A stretch of 63,855 nucleotides of DNA, filler included, from Rhabdomonas costata (GCA_019059605.1; 48 parts of 48 records of this genome joined end to end with filler, not necessarily neighbours in it), one strand, 5' to 3'. Positions 53,200 through 63,855 are shown, counted from the first letter of the whole stretch. Translations and numbers: made by a program. Notes: a model not told the origin generated them from the sequence alone.

Positions 53200-55482
53200 N
53201 NNNNNNNNNNNNNNNNNNNNNNNNNNNNNNNNNNNNNNNNNNNTTAATTAATTAANNNNNNNNNNNNNNNNNNNNNNNNNNNNNNNNNNNNNNNNNNNNG
53301 GTGTTGTTTCAGCTGTCTCGGACGGCCATTGCATCTCATGGGGATCTTCGAGTATCTTCGCTTCCGTGAAGGCCTCAAGGTCATTATCTCACTATCTGAA
53401 ACGAGCGGCGCAGTGAGGTGCAGGATTGGATTCAAGCGGTTTTCGGCACGTGGAACAAAATCCCATAAATCCCATTTCCTTGCAATTTAGTTTTCCTTTT
53501 CAGCTGAAGTTCTATTGTTTTATTCGGAGTGGGTTACCGTTTAGGCGAGTCAAATGGCTTCGTACAATAGGTATCATGGTTCCAATGAGCATTCACGACC
53601 CCAAGTGCCCGCAAGGGCAGAGCGAACCGAGTGGCAAGATCCGTCATCGCACAGGCCCTCAGCCCCTGCGAAGCCGTCTGACTCACGGGTTTGCAGGCTT
53701 TCGGGTTTTTGGCTGTGATCAGTTTCTTTTATTGCTTTCGATTGAGCGGAAACACTAGGTGACAAGTGGTGGGTGGTGCACCCCTTCACAAGCAATGATC
53801 CAGAGGTTTCACAGCTACGAGATTTTTTGATGTCCTAAGTTGATATGTAAACCAGATAGGGCGCCGACTTGGGAGCAGCTGTGGTGGAGTTCCCTCTCCC
53901 CCTCCCCCAAAAAAAAACGGGGATAGTGGTTTCTCAGCCTCCGACTAGGCTGGGAGGAGCTCCGGGCTCCGGGGTTGGGGTCACGGCATGGTGCTGACGG
54001 AGCGAGCGCCGACCCATGCAAGTCGGACTCTGGACCCAAATACCAAACCGGTCGCCTACCTGAACACCGAGAACTGATATCGTTAGTCGATGCGTGCCAC
54101 ATCAATAGCTAGCTGTAAATTTGTGATGGAGTGGTTGCTGAGTCGTGTAGGCGAGCACTTTTTTTTTCATCCTTATCTCCGTCCCCCGAACTTTCCAAGA
54201 ATGGTTACATTGCTCTTCTTCGGCGATATTCTGTGAGGTGGGGGCGTGCGCAGTCAGCGGTGCAATACGGGACCTTCCCAGAGGAGGTCTCGCCCACCGC
54301 CCTCTCCTCCGACCGCCTGAACACTGGGTACTTCGGGGATACTGCGGGTCTGGAGTCTGCACCCCCTGCGAAGCGCCCAAAGGCCCCAAGCTCCGCCCAA
54401 GAGAAAGCGTTGGACTTAGAATGGTGTCTTTCAGCAGTGTGATCGAGGAGTGGAGGGGCCGTCCCCGTATACCTTCGCTCGTCACCCTCCACCTTTTTCT
54501 CCGTCCTTGGACATCCCCGCCACCACCAACCNNNNNNNNNNNNNNNNNNNNNNNNNNNNNNNNNNNNNNNNNNNNTTAATTAATTAANNNNNNNNNNNNN
54601 NNNNNNNNNNNNNNNNNNNNNNNNNNNNNNNGTGTTGGGTGTGGTTGGGGTTGTGGTTGTGTTGCTTTATTTTTAGGGCCTGCGGTGGGTAATGGTAGTG
54701 GGCACGAACGCCGCCTCCTGGAATTCCATGGTTAACCATGGACTTCCACTCACTGTTGGCCTGGTCGCACTTGTTGTTTTAAGGTATGCCTGATCTCTCT
54801 TTCCCACCTTCACTCCTTTGTTAGTGGACCCTATCGATCTGTCCTGTTCCCGCGTCACGCATTTTAATTTTGGAACTTTGCTTGGGGCGCATGCAAACCA
54901 AGCAGACAAATTGAGGTTCAGTGCATTGCGCTCCAAGCTACGCAGACCCGTGTCAGGTGACCGTTTACGTCTGCGACGGGTCTTCTTTCCCCGCTTCCGG
55001 TAATTGCTACCAAAATGGGAAGAAGTTACCAAGTAGTGATTGGAGTCCTTAGAAATCCTGTGGGTTGGCACCTGTGGGTTGCTGGCCTTATTTTTGAGGT
55101 GGCTTCCATAGAAGTGATTTCAAACACTAGGTCCGCCACCAGGGATAAGGTGCAGGAAAGTCAACAGAAGAACGCATAACCTTTGGAACCCATAGCAAGT
55201 TACCACCTTACACAGGGGTGCGCACCCCTGTGCGCAGTACAAAGCAACGAAGGTGCTCCTGAGTCATTGGTTAAAAGAACATTTCCAAGGACCGGATTCC
55301 CGTATCCCAAAGTCATGACAATCCTGCTGGCTAGGAAAAAAACCTTTGTCGTCTTGTCAGAGCTTCCGCTGACGAAAGGAGCTTACGTTCCGTGGCAGCT
55401 CTGGCCACCGGACCTTTCCCCACTTTGTTTGTTTCTGTGGGAAAACGTCTTTTTTTTTGCACGGGCCATGGCCTGGGTCGCC

Positions 55483-55522
55483 AGGGTTAGGGTTAGAGTT
55501 AGGGTTAGGGTTAGGGTTAGGG
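55483..55522 (+). repeat. Interstitial telomeric-type (TTAGGG)n, ~6 units with one TTAGAG variant
   Basis: Seen directly, upstream of the splice acceptor at 55601. Confidence 0.9.
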
Positions 55523-55602
55523 CCCAACGGCTGTCTTCGGAGTTGAGCAGCGGTAGAAAGCGAAATTCCAGGTTTGCTTCTGGGCGCTACTTTGCACTCT
55601 AG

Positions 55603-55826
55603 TGCGGTCCTGCTGACCGTTCTCTTGTCGAGACTTTTCACCGCCCCGTTGCACCGCCTGGTCCGCGAGGTGGAGCTGCTGTGCGCCCTGGACGTGGTCC
55701 AGCTACAGCCCCTCCCTCGCTCCGTGTACAAGGAGATCGACACGCTGACGCAGGCCTTCAACACGCTGACGCGGAGCCTTGCAGAGTACCGGAAGTTCAT
55801 GCCGGAGTCCCTTTTTGTTCAGAGAG
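55603..55826 (+). CDS. TM-HAMP exon of a receptor-type cyclase or kinase
   Basis: LSRLFTAPLHRL...EIDTLTQAFNTLTRSLAEYRKFMPESL (HAMP plus cyclase-transducer-like linker). Confidence 0.75.
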
Positions 55827-57384
55827 GTCAGGGCCGCAACGAAGAGGATTCCTCACAAACAACNNNNNNNNNNNNNNNNNNNNNNNNNNNNNNNNNNNNN
55901 NNNNNNNTTAATTAATTAANNNNNNNNNNNNNNNNNNNNNNNNNNNNNNNNNNNNNNNNNNNNTGTTGGTGTTACAATCAGTCTGGCAGGCCCACTGAGC
56001 GTTTCGGTGCCAAACCTGTACGAAACGTTCCAGAAAGATCAAGGTTTTGAATTCTTTCTGTGCACTTTGTTCACCCGATTGCCCTGTTTAAAGGCAATTA
56101 AAACAAGCAAGAAATTAAAAACAAAAAACCTTGAACTGCCTAGCTTTGTCGAATGCGCAAAAACGTCAAATTCATCAAGGAAGAGCCAGAAAGCAAAAGC
56201 TTGGCAGAATACCACCCTAACCACCCTGGAAGTACTTTTGCCTGTCAGTGTGATATCTGCATAAACTGTTCCATGCCTATCCATGCAGGGACACCATTGA
56301 GCGGTCGGTTTGGGGTTGAAATCGGCATAAGTTCTAAAACTATCGGATGGGCGTTTTCATACATTCTTGCTGTTTGCTGTTATGAAACAGGTTTGGACCT
56401 CCCCGGAGTGCCTCTGTGCCCCCTCGAGCGCTTGAGGTTCCTTTTTCTGCGTGAAAATCTTTCTACTCCACCCAACTACCCAACTTCCCAGTGTCGTTCA
56501 TTGCACTCTTAATTACAAATAAGCTCAAGCGTCCCCGAGCCGACAATGAAAATATCTGGCACCAGCAAGGAACTCTGGTACATTCTGTTACTGCCTTCTT
56601 TGCCTTTCGGGTGCTTCGAAAGCTCCATCACGTGCCATCATCCAATGTTTTCCCCGCATCCCTTCCGGTCCGTCCAACCCCACCATTGGGCAGTCCATCT
56701 TTACCTGGGTGCCGGAGGTGGTCCAAAATTGCAAGTCTTCGAGTAATTCGTGCGAAAAGGCGAACTTCTGAGAGTGCTGTGGTCATATAAACAGAGCTGT
56801 TTTTTGCTGTGACAGTTTTTCCTTGTTGTTTTTCTGTTTTTTCTTTCTGTCTGGCTCATTTGGTCCACTCTTCTGAAGGCTGTTCGGCCGGTGAATGCCA
56901 GCCTCCTGGTTTTGTCGGACAGTCCCTTCGTTGAGTTCAAGCCCATTCGTGGTCGCGAGGACGCCCGCGTGTTCGTTGCGCGAGCCCCGCAGGTACGAAG
57001 TGCATTCAATTCATATTCTTAATTCCTCTTCTGGGCACAATAAGATCGGCGGGCAGAGTGGGCAAACTTCTGTTCTCTTTTGGAGTTTTGAGTGTGGTGT
57101 TGAAAAATTTTCCTTGAAAATTTTTCCTTGAAAAATTTAACCTTTTCGCCGTTTGGGACAGTGCTGACAGTGATTGAATTTAACATTGAGCACCCNNNNN
57201 NNNNNNNNNNNNNNNNNNNNNNNNNNNNNNNNNNNNNNNTTAATTAATTAANNNNNNNNNNNNNNNNNNNNNNNNNNNNNNNNNNNNNNNNNNNNTCAGG
57301 TGAAGCTTATGAACGCTGGAGCGCCCGAATAATAATAGTTGACTCTGAGCATGTATTTTAATTTTCTTTGCTTATTATATATAA

Positions 57385-58122
57385 ATGACAACATACAAAA
57401 ATGGTTTATATTCTGGTGGTGGATTTGATGATATATTAAAGAAGTTCACTTATAAAAAATACCCAGGTGAGCGTCACTTTCCATATTACAACTACCTTGG
57501 CCCACACAGTCGTCTTGATATCAAATTAGATTCGAATGGAAAACCGAGAGCTGGGGAAGAAGCAATAAATCAATTGGATAATATAGCTCTTTCTCATGAT
57601 AAAAATTACCAGGCCATACAAAATCAATACAAAAAAGATCACAACAAAGAAAAAGCATTAAATGCAATTCATCAAGCAGATAATAAATTTATTCAAGATG
57701 CCAAAAACAGTAATGTTCAACCATTAGGTACAATTTCAGCAGGAAACACAAAAGCAAAACAACTAGCAGAAAAAGTAGGAGTGTTAGATTCAAATACGTT
57801 TTCAGGTCTAGGAAATAAGAATAAAGTTGCATTTATTACTAAAGATGGTAGAACTGTAAATTTTACAAAGAAATATGATCCAACAGCTCGTTTAAAAGCA
57901 CTAGCTGGTGTCAAAAAAACACCTAAAAAAGAAAGTAAAAAGTTGAAAGGAGGTCTTGGACCTTTAGCTGTTGGTGTAATATCAGCTCTTGCAGGTACTG
58001 CATTAGATAAAATATTTTCTTTGGTAAAAGAAAAAATAAGCGGAAGTGGTTATATGATTGATGACAAATTGTATACAACTGATGATCATAAAAGAAAATT
58101 TCTAAAACATATTCTTTATTAA
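57385..58122 (+). CDS. Parvovirus-type phospholipase A2 domain plus basic linker and adenovirus pX-like tail (PLA2X-like virion protein)
   Basis: YNYLGP, INQLDNIALSHDKNY and ADNKF motifs; C-terminal LKGGLGPLAVGVISALAG; complete 245-aa ORF. Confidence 0.85.
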   Translation: MTTYKNGLYSGGGFDDILKKFTYKKYPGERHFPYYNYLGPHSRLDIKLDSNGKPRAGEEAINQLDNIALSHDKNYQAIQNQYKKDHNKEKALNAIHQADNKFIQDAKNSNVQPLGTISAGNTKAKQLAEKVGVLDSNTFSGLGNKNKVAFITKDGRTVNFTKKYDPTARLKALAGVKKTPKKESKKLKGGLGPLAVGVISALAGTALDKIFSLVKEKISGSGYMIDDKLYTTDDHKRKFLKHILY

Positions 58123-58152
58123 ATTATATTTATTGCTGAAATGAATATAATT
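58122..58152. terminator. AT-rich hairpin between convergent stop codons
   Basis: AATTATATTTATT-GCTGA-AATGAATATAATT; 13-bp stem with one G.T wobble. Confidence 0.5.
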
Positions 58153-58525
58153 AGATGTGAATGATTTCAAAAATGTTTTTACGCAAACGATATTGTGATT
58201 CTCTACTATCATCAATACAAATACTATCATATTTTGTAAAAGTATGAAATATTGCTTTTAGATCTTCTAATCTAATTGAAAATTTCTTAGCAAGTGATTT
58301 CATACATTCTAAATCATTATTTTTAAACAAAAATATAATATTTGCAAGTCTTCGAATTTGTGGTAATAGATCAAATACATTTTGGCTTATAACATAGATA
58401 TCAATGTTGTTATGACTTGCATAAACACCAAAAAAACGACCTAGAGTATACCGATCATTTTTAGATAATGATTTAGTATCGCAATCTTCTACTATGAAAC
58501 AATTACGAACTTCACGATCAAAAAA
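58151..58525 (-). CDS. A32/FtsK-like genome-packaging ATPase, C-terminal half (5' truncated; absent from the ORF track)
   Basis: Manual translation FFDREVRNCFIVEDCD...YASHNNIDIYVISQNVFDLLPQIRRLANIIFLFK...YDSICIDDS...RLRKNIFEIIHI*: Walker B, H...SQ sensor, P-x-I-R arginine finger. Confidence 0.8.
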   Translation of the reverse strand, partial: FFDREVRNCFIVEDCDTKSLSKNDRYTLGRFFGVYASHNNIDIYVISQNVFDLLPQIRRLANIIFLFKNNDLECMKSLAKKFSIRLEDLKAIFHTFTKYDSICIDDSRESQYRLRKNIFEIIHI

Positions 58526-58627
58526 CCNNNNNNNNNNNNNNNNNNNNNNNNNNNNNNNNNNNNNNNNNNNNTTAATTAATTAANNNNNNNNNNNNNNNNN
58601 NNNNNNNNNNNNNNNNNNNNNNNNNNN

Positions 58628-59185
58628 GGGGTTGGTAAGGCTAATGTGTTTTTGAAGTTGGACTTTCGTGCAGGTTTTCATCAGATTTGTATTCATCCTG
58701 AGCATGTGGAGCATCTAAGACGAAGTACGGCACGTTTTAGGTTTTGGTGATGCCTTTTGGATTGTGAAATGCGCAAGCGACGTTCCAGAGAACGATGAAC
58801 TTTATTCTGGAGGATCTGAGAGGTTCAAATGGAGCAGATGTTGATGACATCTTGGTGCACACGGACATCATGGAGCATCAGTTTGAAGCGTTGAGAGTGT
58901 TGTATAGTAGATTGCTGAAGTAGAAGCTATTTGCTAATCCCGAGAAGTGTGTGTTTGGTCAGCCTGAAGTGGAGTACTTTGGGTTCACTGTGGGGAGAGG
59001 TTGAATAAGGCCACGGCCGAGGAAGTTGATGGCGATTTACAAATGGCCAACGTTGAGGAACCCAGTGATGAAGTACCAGCGGTTCGTTCCATATTATGCC
59101 ACAGTTGCAGCTCCATTGACAGATTTGATGAAGAAAAAAGGGGAATGGAATTGTGGAAAAGATCAGTAGAGAGCTTGAGAAAAAG
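58628..59185 (+). pseudogene. Ty3/gypsy reverse transcriptase, degenerate
   Basis: KLDFRAGFHQI, VMPFGL*NAQATFQR, VDDILV, NPEKCVF, AAPLTDLMKK; several stops and frameshifts. Confidence 0.9.
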
Positions 59186-59857
59186 GTCGCGTGAGGCCGT
59201 GTGTGTACTGCCGAAGAAGACGAACGAAAAGTACAAAACTCCAGCCACTAGTGCTACAACCGGAGTTATCATGGCGCATAGGCGCCAGCTGAAACGTTTG
59301 GTGAGGTTAGCTCCAATGATCATCATTAACATGGTCACTAGACCAGTGCAGATTGAGTAAGAACCGTAGAACTTGGTAATGGTGTTAGTATCTTGCAGCC
59401 ATTCTTTCACCTGATTCTTAAATACTACCTCTACAACGTTTATCGTCGTACCGTATGCGAGGAGTAACACCGCTAGGTACATTAGATAGCTCGATTTAGC
59501 GACTACGGCCACGCTCTTCCTGAAGCAGAGTTGTACTTTCTTCTCTGCAGGAGTGTCAGTGGAGGGCTTGATCTTTTTAGCGAACATCGGCTGCAAAACA
59601 TACCCATGTATCACTACCACCATAAGCAGCGAGGCTATCAGACACGGGAGTATTATCATGAAATTGCTATCCCAACGTGCAGCTTCTGGCAGATCTTTAT
59701 TTAGACTGGTTAGGCCGAACAGTACCAGTCCCGATAGCATAGTTCCAAGGTTTCCTACAACACCGAAGAGAGGATACAACCTTCTGGCATCCTTTGACTC
59801 TGTCACCTCATTGACAAACTGCCAGAATATTACGGAAAGACCGAAGGTTCCCCACAA
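59186..59857 (-). CDS. tlc: TLC/NTT-family ATP/ADP (nucleotide) translocase, internal fragment
   Basis: WGTFGLSVIFWQFVNEVT..DARRLYPLFG, SSYLMYLAVLLLAYGTTINVVEVVFKNQV, WRLCAMITP; intronless. Confidence 0.88.
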
Positions 59858-59980
59858 AANNNNNNNNNNNNNNNNNNNNNNNNNNNNNNNNNNNNNNNNN
59901 NNNTTAATTAATTAANNNNNNNNNNNNNNNNNNNNNNNNNNNNNNNNNNNNNNNNNNNNGTTGGTGGTGTGTGTGTGTGC

Positions 59981-60345
59981 GGGGAGTGGTAACAATTTCT
60001 ACTATGGGATCATATTTTCAAAAAGTTGTTAAAGGGTCCTCAGATCACGTCCCCGCCCCAGCCGCCCGCTCCGGCGCGCAAATTGGCCTTCGCCCCTAAA
60101 CTATTGCTGTCCTACTCGTCCGCCCATATCCCAGCCATTGGCGAGTCCTTAGCCAGCAGTAATTTCTGCTTCTAAGCAAAAACATTCATCTAGGGGGCAC
60201 TGGCAAGCTTAACTAACCCCCTTACACACAAATAGTCATTTCGAGAGTGCTGACACACTTTACGTCACCGATTTTTTTTAGTTAATCTAGCCTAAAAAAA
60301 ATTAAGCCAGTTTTCTGTTACCAGTGGTAATCGTTACCACTCCCC
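59981..60345. mobile_element. MITE-like element, copy 2, perfect 13-bp TIRs
   Basis: GGGGAGTGGTAAC ... GTTACCACTCCCC; interior homologous to 8825-9207. Confidence 0.75.
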
Positions 60346-61291
60346 TCCCCCCCTTCTCAACTTCCATTGGGCCAAGAAAACGGTCCAGACAAAGAATCCG
60401 GAAAGGTGAACAGAAGTTGAACATTGCCAAAGAACGTTCAAAAGAAGGAAGTGCAGGCGAAAAGTAGCAGAAGGCAACGGAATGGGTGCGGAAAAGACAT
60501 GCTGAAAACAGGTGAGCAAATGAGGAAACGACACCACGCCCTCATAGAGACAGAATCACCGCGGGGAACGCGTCTCATGGAAGAATGCCGAGAAAGACAT
60601 ACCGATCAAGCGTCATCTGCAATTTGGCCCATGCGGGGTTGGGGAGGGGGAGGGGAAAAGAGCTTACCTGAACTGGGCTTAAGCCGGCCAACTGACCACG
60701 TCACCGCAGAATTGCGCTCCTGCAATTAAAAGCGTTGTGAGGCGGAAAAGAGCCCCACCTCCAAAACCACCACTCGAGAGAATAACAAGGTCTTGCTGCA
60801 CCAGAGTGAAGAATTAAAAGGGCCGCAGGGGGACAGGCCATGAAAGACGATTATGAGAACCGCGGAATTCTCAGGGAGGTTCCACAAATTTTGAGAGACG
60901 TCAGTTGTTTCATTGCACCCTGTGAACTCACACTTGTCCCGAGGAAGGCATGAACAAATACAAACCCACCCACAGGAAAAAGGAGAATAAAACGTTTGGG
61001 GAAACCAGTGAAGGTGAAGGCGGCCTGCTGCGAAATTTGAGAAGGCTTGCGAGAGCTGCGGCTGTGGTAGATGGAAGGTGTGAAGGGTAAAGAACGCGGA
61101 TTAAGCTGGACGAGTATGCAGAAACGATATATACAATTACAATAAGCAATTTTGCGCCAGACTACCCCACCCAGCCCGCAACCCAAACCCCNNNNNNNNN
61201 NNNNNNNNNNNNNNNNNNNNNNNNNNNNNNNNNNNTTAATTAATTAANNNNNNNNNNNNNNNNNNNNNNNNNNNNNNNNNNNNNNNNNNNN

Positions 61292-61591
61292 GGGGTGGGA
61301 GGCTGATCCTCTGGTCCCTGAGCAGCCAGAGCTTGTCTGGCGGGATCTGGTCTGGCGTGGAGAGGTTGGTGAAGTTCACTGCAAGGGCGCGGTCCCCCAC
61401 GCCCTCCATGCTAAGCATCCAGGCCGCAGAGTACCGGCGGAGGTACAGCCACGTGCGGTTGCTGCGCACCCCGTGGGCGGTGTACACTGGCCTGCCCTGG
61501 CTCAGACTGTCCGTAGGGAAGTACACCCGATTGATAAAGGCGTGCGTGCCCTGGCGGCCCGAGATAACAACGGCACAAGGGGCCCCCCGGC
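61292..61591 (-). CDS. Exon of unknown beta-rich domain
   Basis: GC3-rich frame after TTTTTTCAG: VVISGRQG..INRVY...GRPVY...LYL..W. Confidence 0.5.
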
Positions 61592-62681
61592 CTGAAAAAA
61601 ATGAAGCACAGTACACAGCCTCAAATGCAGGGGTGCACTAATCACCACGCAAAAAGAAAAATTAAACAGGTAACTCGTCGTCTCCGTCCGATACATCCTT
61701 TCCAACTGACTCAGTCCTATAAACTAACGCCCCTTACCGCACCTTATCCGGCAAGTTTAATGGGTAATACTCCGAGAACGAGTTGGCAACCCACGCTGGG
61801 GGTAGCGTGAAACTAAGGAGTAAAAAAAGAGCTGCTGCAACATTGAATGTCCTTGCTATGCTGCTGCATCCAAGATGACCGTCTTCTTCTCTTTCGCCAT
61901 TTTACCAAAAAAAAATTATGCAAAACTAAAACCGACAAAACTGATTTGCACAGACTCCACATAAAGTAAAGGAGGGAACAACGCGGGTGGTGGTGGTGGT
62001 GAGAAAATGGGCCCACGCAGGACACCTTGCCACGGAAGGCACAGCAGCAGCACAGCCACAGCAAGAAGAGAGCCACCGACTGGCAGCCATTGATGAGTCA
62101 TATGCAAAACTAGTCCGGTTTCAAAAGTCAAAAGTCAAAAGTCAAAAGTCGCCTGAACAAAATTGGAGCAACGCTCCAAACCTGTGCGCTTGCCCATTTC
62201 CAGAAAAGGAAGTTATACCAGCGCGCACGAGAAACAGGTTGAGGGGAGGGGGGGCGCTTTTTGCGTAGCGCCGCGTCCAAGGCGATCACAGGGGACTCTC
62301 CAAAGCCACGTTCAGTCAAAAAGGACAACCAGCGGATTCTCGTTCGAAATCATCTCTCTTGAGGTTAAAAGGGCGGACCACAGTGAATCTCCTGCCGCAC
62401 TGGGACACCGCCCAATTTCAGGCGCTGCGCTTGTTTGGCAGTGCTCAGAGCTTGCGAAAACCGTACTGCGCCAAACCAGGTGATGCACGCGCCTGGTATT
62501 CACACGCGCGTTCAAAAAAAACANNNNNNNNNNNNNNNNNNNNNNNNNNNNNNNNNNNNNNNNNNNNTTAATTAATTAANNNNNNNNNNNNNNNNNNNNN
62601 NNNNNNNNNNNNNNNNNNNNNNNGTGGTGGGGGTGCCGGATCGGCTCGGGGTTTTCCTGCCCAGACCTGCTTGATGTCAGC

Positions 62682-63310
62682 GTGGACTATCCTTTCGACT
62701 CCGCTTCGGGTTCCTCAGGTTCTGGGAGCAGCGCCGGCGGCGGCGGCGGCGGCGGCGGTGTGTTTCAGGACACAGACCTTGTGTTCGCAGGGTTTACCTA
62801 CTGCATCCCCACCCCTCTGATCATCATGCTCTGCATGGACGTCAGCTTTGGGTTAAATTACGGAATCGCATCGAGCACGCTGGAGGGGCAGGACCCTCAG
62901 GACAGCGCGCCGTGGAAGAAATACACGGCAGCGCCTCACGTTGCTTTGGAGGTCGGGGCGGAGATGTACATCTCGATTTTCATTGCCGAGGCGGGGGCTC
63001 GAGCGGAGGGGAAGATTTTGGAGGTATCTCTTCCCCTGGTGATTACGCAGAAGCCCAAGGCCTTGCAGTTCGAGGTCGACGCGGACTTCACGGCAATTAG
63101 CTTTAGTGTCTACTTGTTTTATCGGTTTCTGGAGTGCTGGTTCAATTGCTGCTTCTGTATTTGGTTCCTTTGCCTTCCCTACCCGGTCTGCCAACTGGGC
63201 AGCCGCCACCGTTTCGGGCCATCGTGGTCGTGGTCCAGCGGTACTTCCCAGCTGACGCTGCTTTCTGGGTCTCTGATCAATGCAGATTCGGACAGTTGTG
63301 ACACCACCAG
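62682..63310 (+). CDS. Unknown beta-strand-rich protein with Gly linker and Cys/aromatic cluster
   Basis: Long open frame with amphipathic strands; probable donor near 63311. Confidence 0.5.
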
Positions 63311-63855
63311 GTCTGTTCCCGGACATATGTTTCTGCAGTTTTCATATTTCAATATTTCAGGCTGGGCTGAAGGCTTCACATGGGGGTTTTTCAGCCAGAT
63401 TTGTAAGCATCAGACAAGAATTGGCTCGACGTTGTCTATTTTGAAATTCTTGTGCACATTGTCACTGGTAGTTTACTTCGAATTACAAAACTAGTAGTTG
63501 GAGCAGTTGGCGCGAAGAAGAATAAACTGCAAAACAGCAGAGCAGAACTACACGACGAGAAGCGACGCCCTGGGCTCCCGCTCCGGCGTCGGCTCTGACT
63601 CTGACAAGTTCTAGGGAAGTGAAAATGGTTATAAATAAGCGGTCCAAAATTGCCCGCTTCTCCCTTGCCCGCAGCCCCAAAATCCCGAAAGGGTGCCCCG
63701 ACCCATAATTATGAAATGAACAGCAAACTGAGCAAAAGAAATGACCCGTTGGATTCATGACCCTATTGTTACCCCTCCCTCTGCTTCGGTTCGCCTCATT
63801 TTGGCACAGCCCTTGGAGCGCGTGCAGCGTAAGCTGTGGGGATGGAACCCAACCC

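Larger units (their letters stand above)
57296..58527. mobile_element. Polinton/adintovirus-like virus fragment
   Basis: AT-rich, intronless, gene-dense contig with a PLA2-pX gene and a packaging ATPase. Confidence 0.8.

Noticed and set aside
57296-57361. ORF end SGEAYERWSARIIIVDSEHVF* as a penton C-terminus
   Set aside because: Too short to assign
58985-59185. C-terminal part of ORF 58985..59857 as translocase sequence
   Set aside because: It is antisense read-through into the gypsy RT remnant
57296-59857. Viral contig linked to the RT/NTT contig
   Set aside because: Different contigs with different composition
1234-62623. Regularly spaced TTAATTAATTAA as a CRISPR-like or biological repeat
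   Set aside because: Always embedded in N runs at fixed spacing; it is a six-frame-stop concatenation linker

Overview
This window is not a contiguous locus. It is about 48 unrelated contigs of 1232-1233 bp, apparently sorted by length and joined by 100-nt linkers (N44-TTAATTAATTAA-N44), so neighbouring contigs are not biologically linked. G/T-only contig ends and terminal fold-back inversions point to a whole-genome-amplified library. Most contigs come from an intron-rich, flagellated eukaryote (euglenid-like by inference: GT-AG plus frequent GC-AG introns, TTAGGG, bacterial-type cyclase, HAMP and receiver modules). Recognisable exons encode ankyrin, DNAI3/WDR63-like, ACSBG-like, adenylate cyclase, receiver, EF-hand, cyclophilin and pentameric ligand-gated channel proteins. 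Mobile DNA includes decayed Ty3/gypsy integrase and RT, a Penelope-like RT, a GIY-YIG remnant, a type I hammerhead ribozyme and a MITE family. The standout is an AT-rich, intronless viral contig (57296-58527). It carries a parvovirus-type PLA2 fused to an adenovirus pX-like tail with adenain-type cleavage motifs, convergent with an A32/FtsK-like packaging ATPase that the ORF track missed, i.e. a polinton/adintovirus-like virus. Also notable are an intronless TLC-family ATP/ADP translocase fused to a gypsy RT and a 37-aa helical repeat protein.
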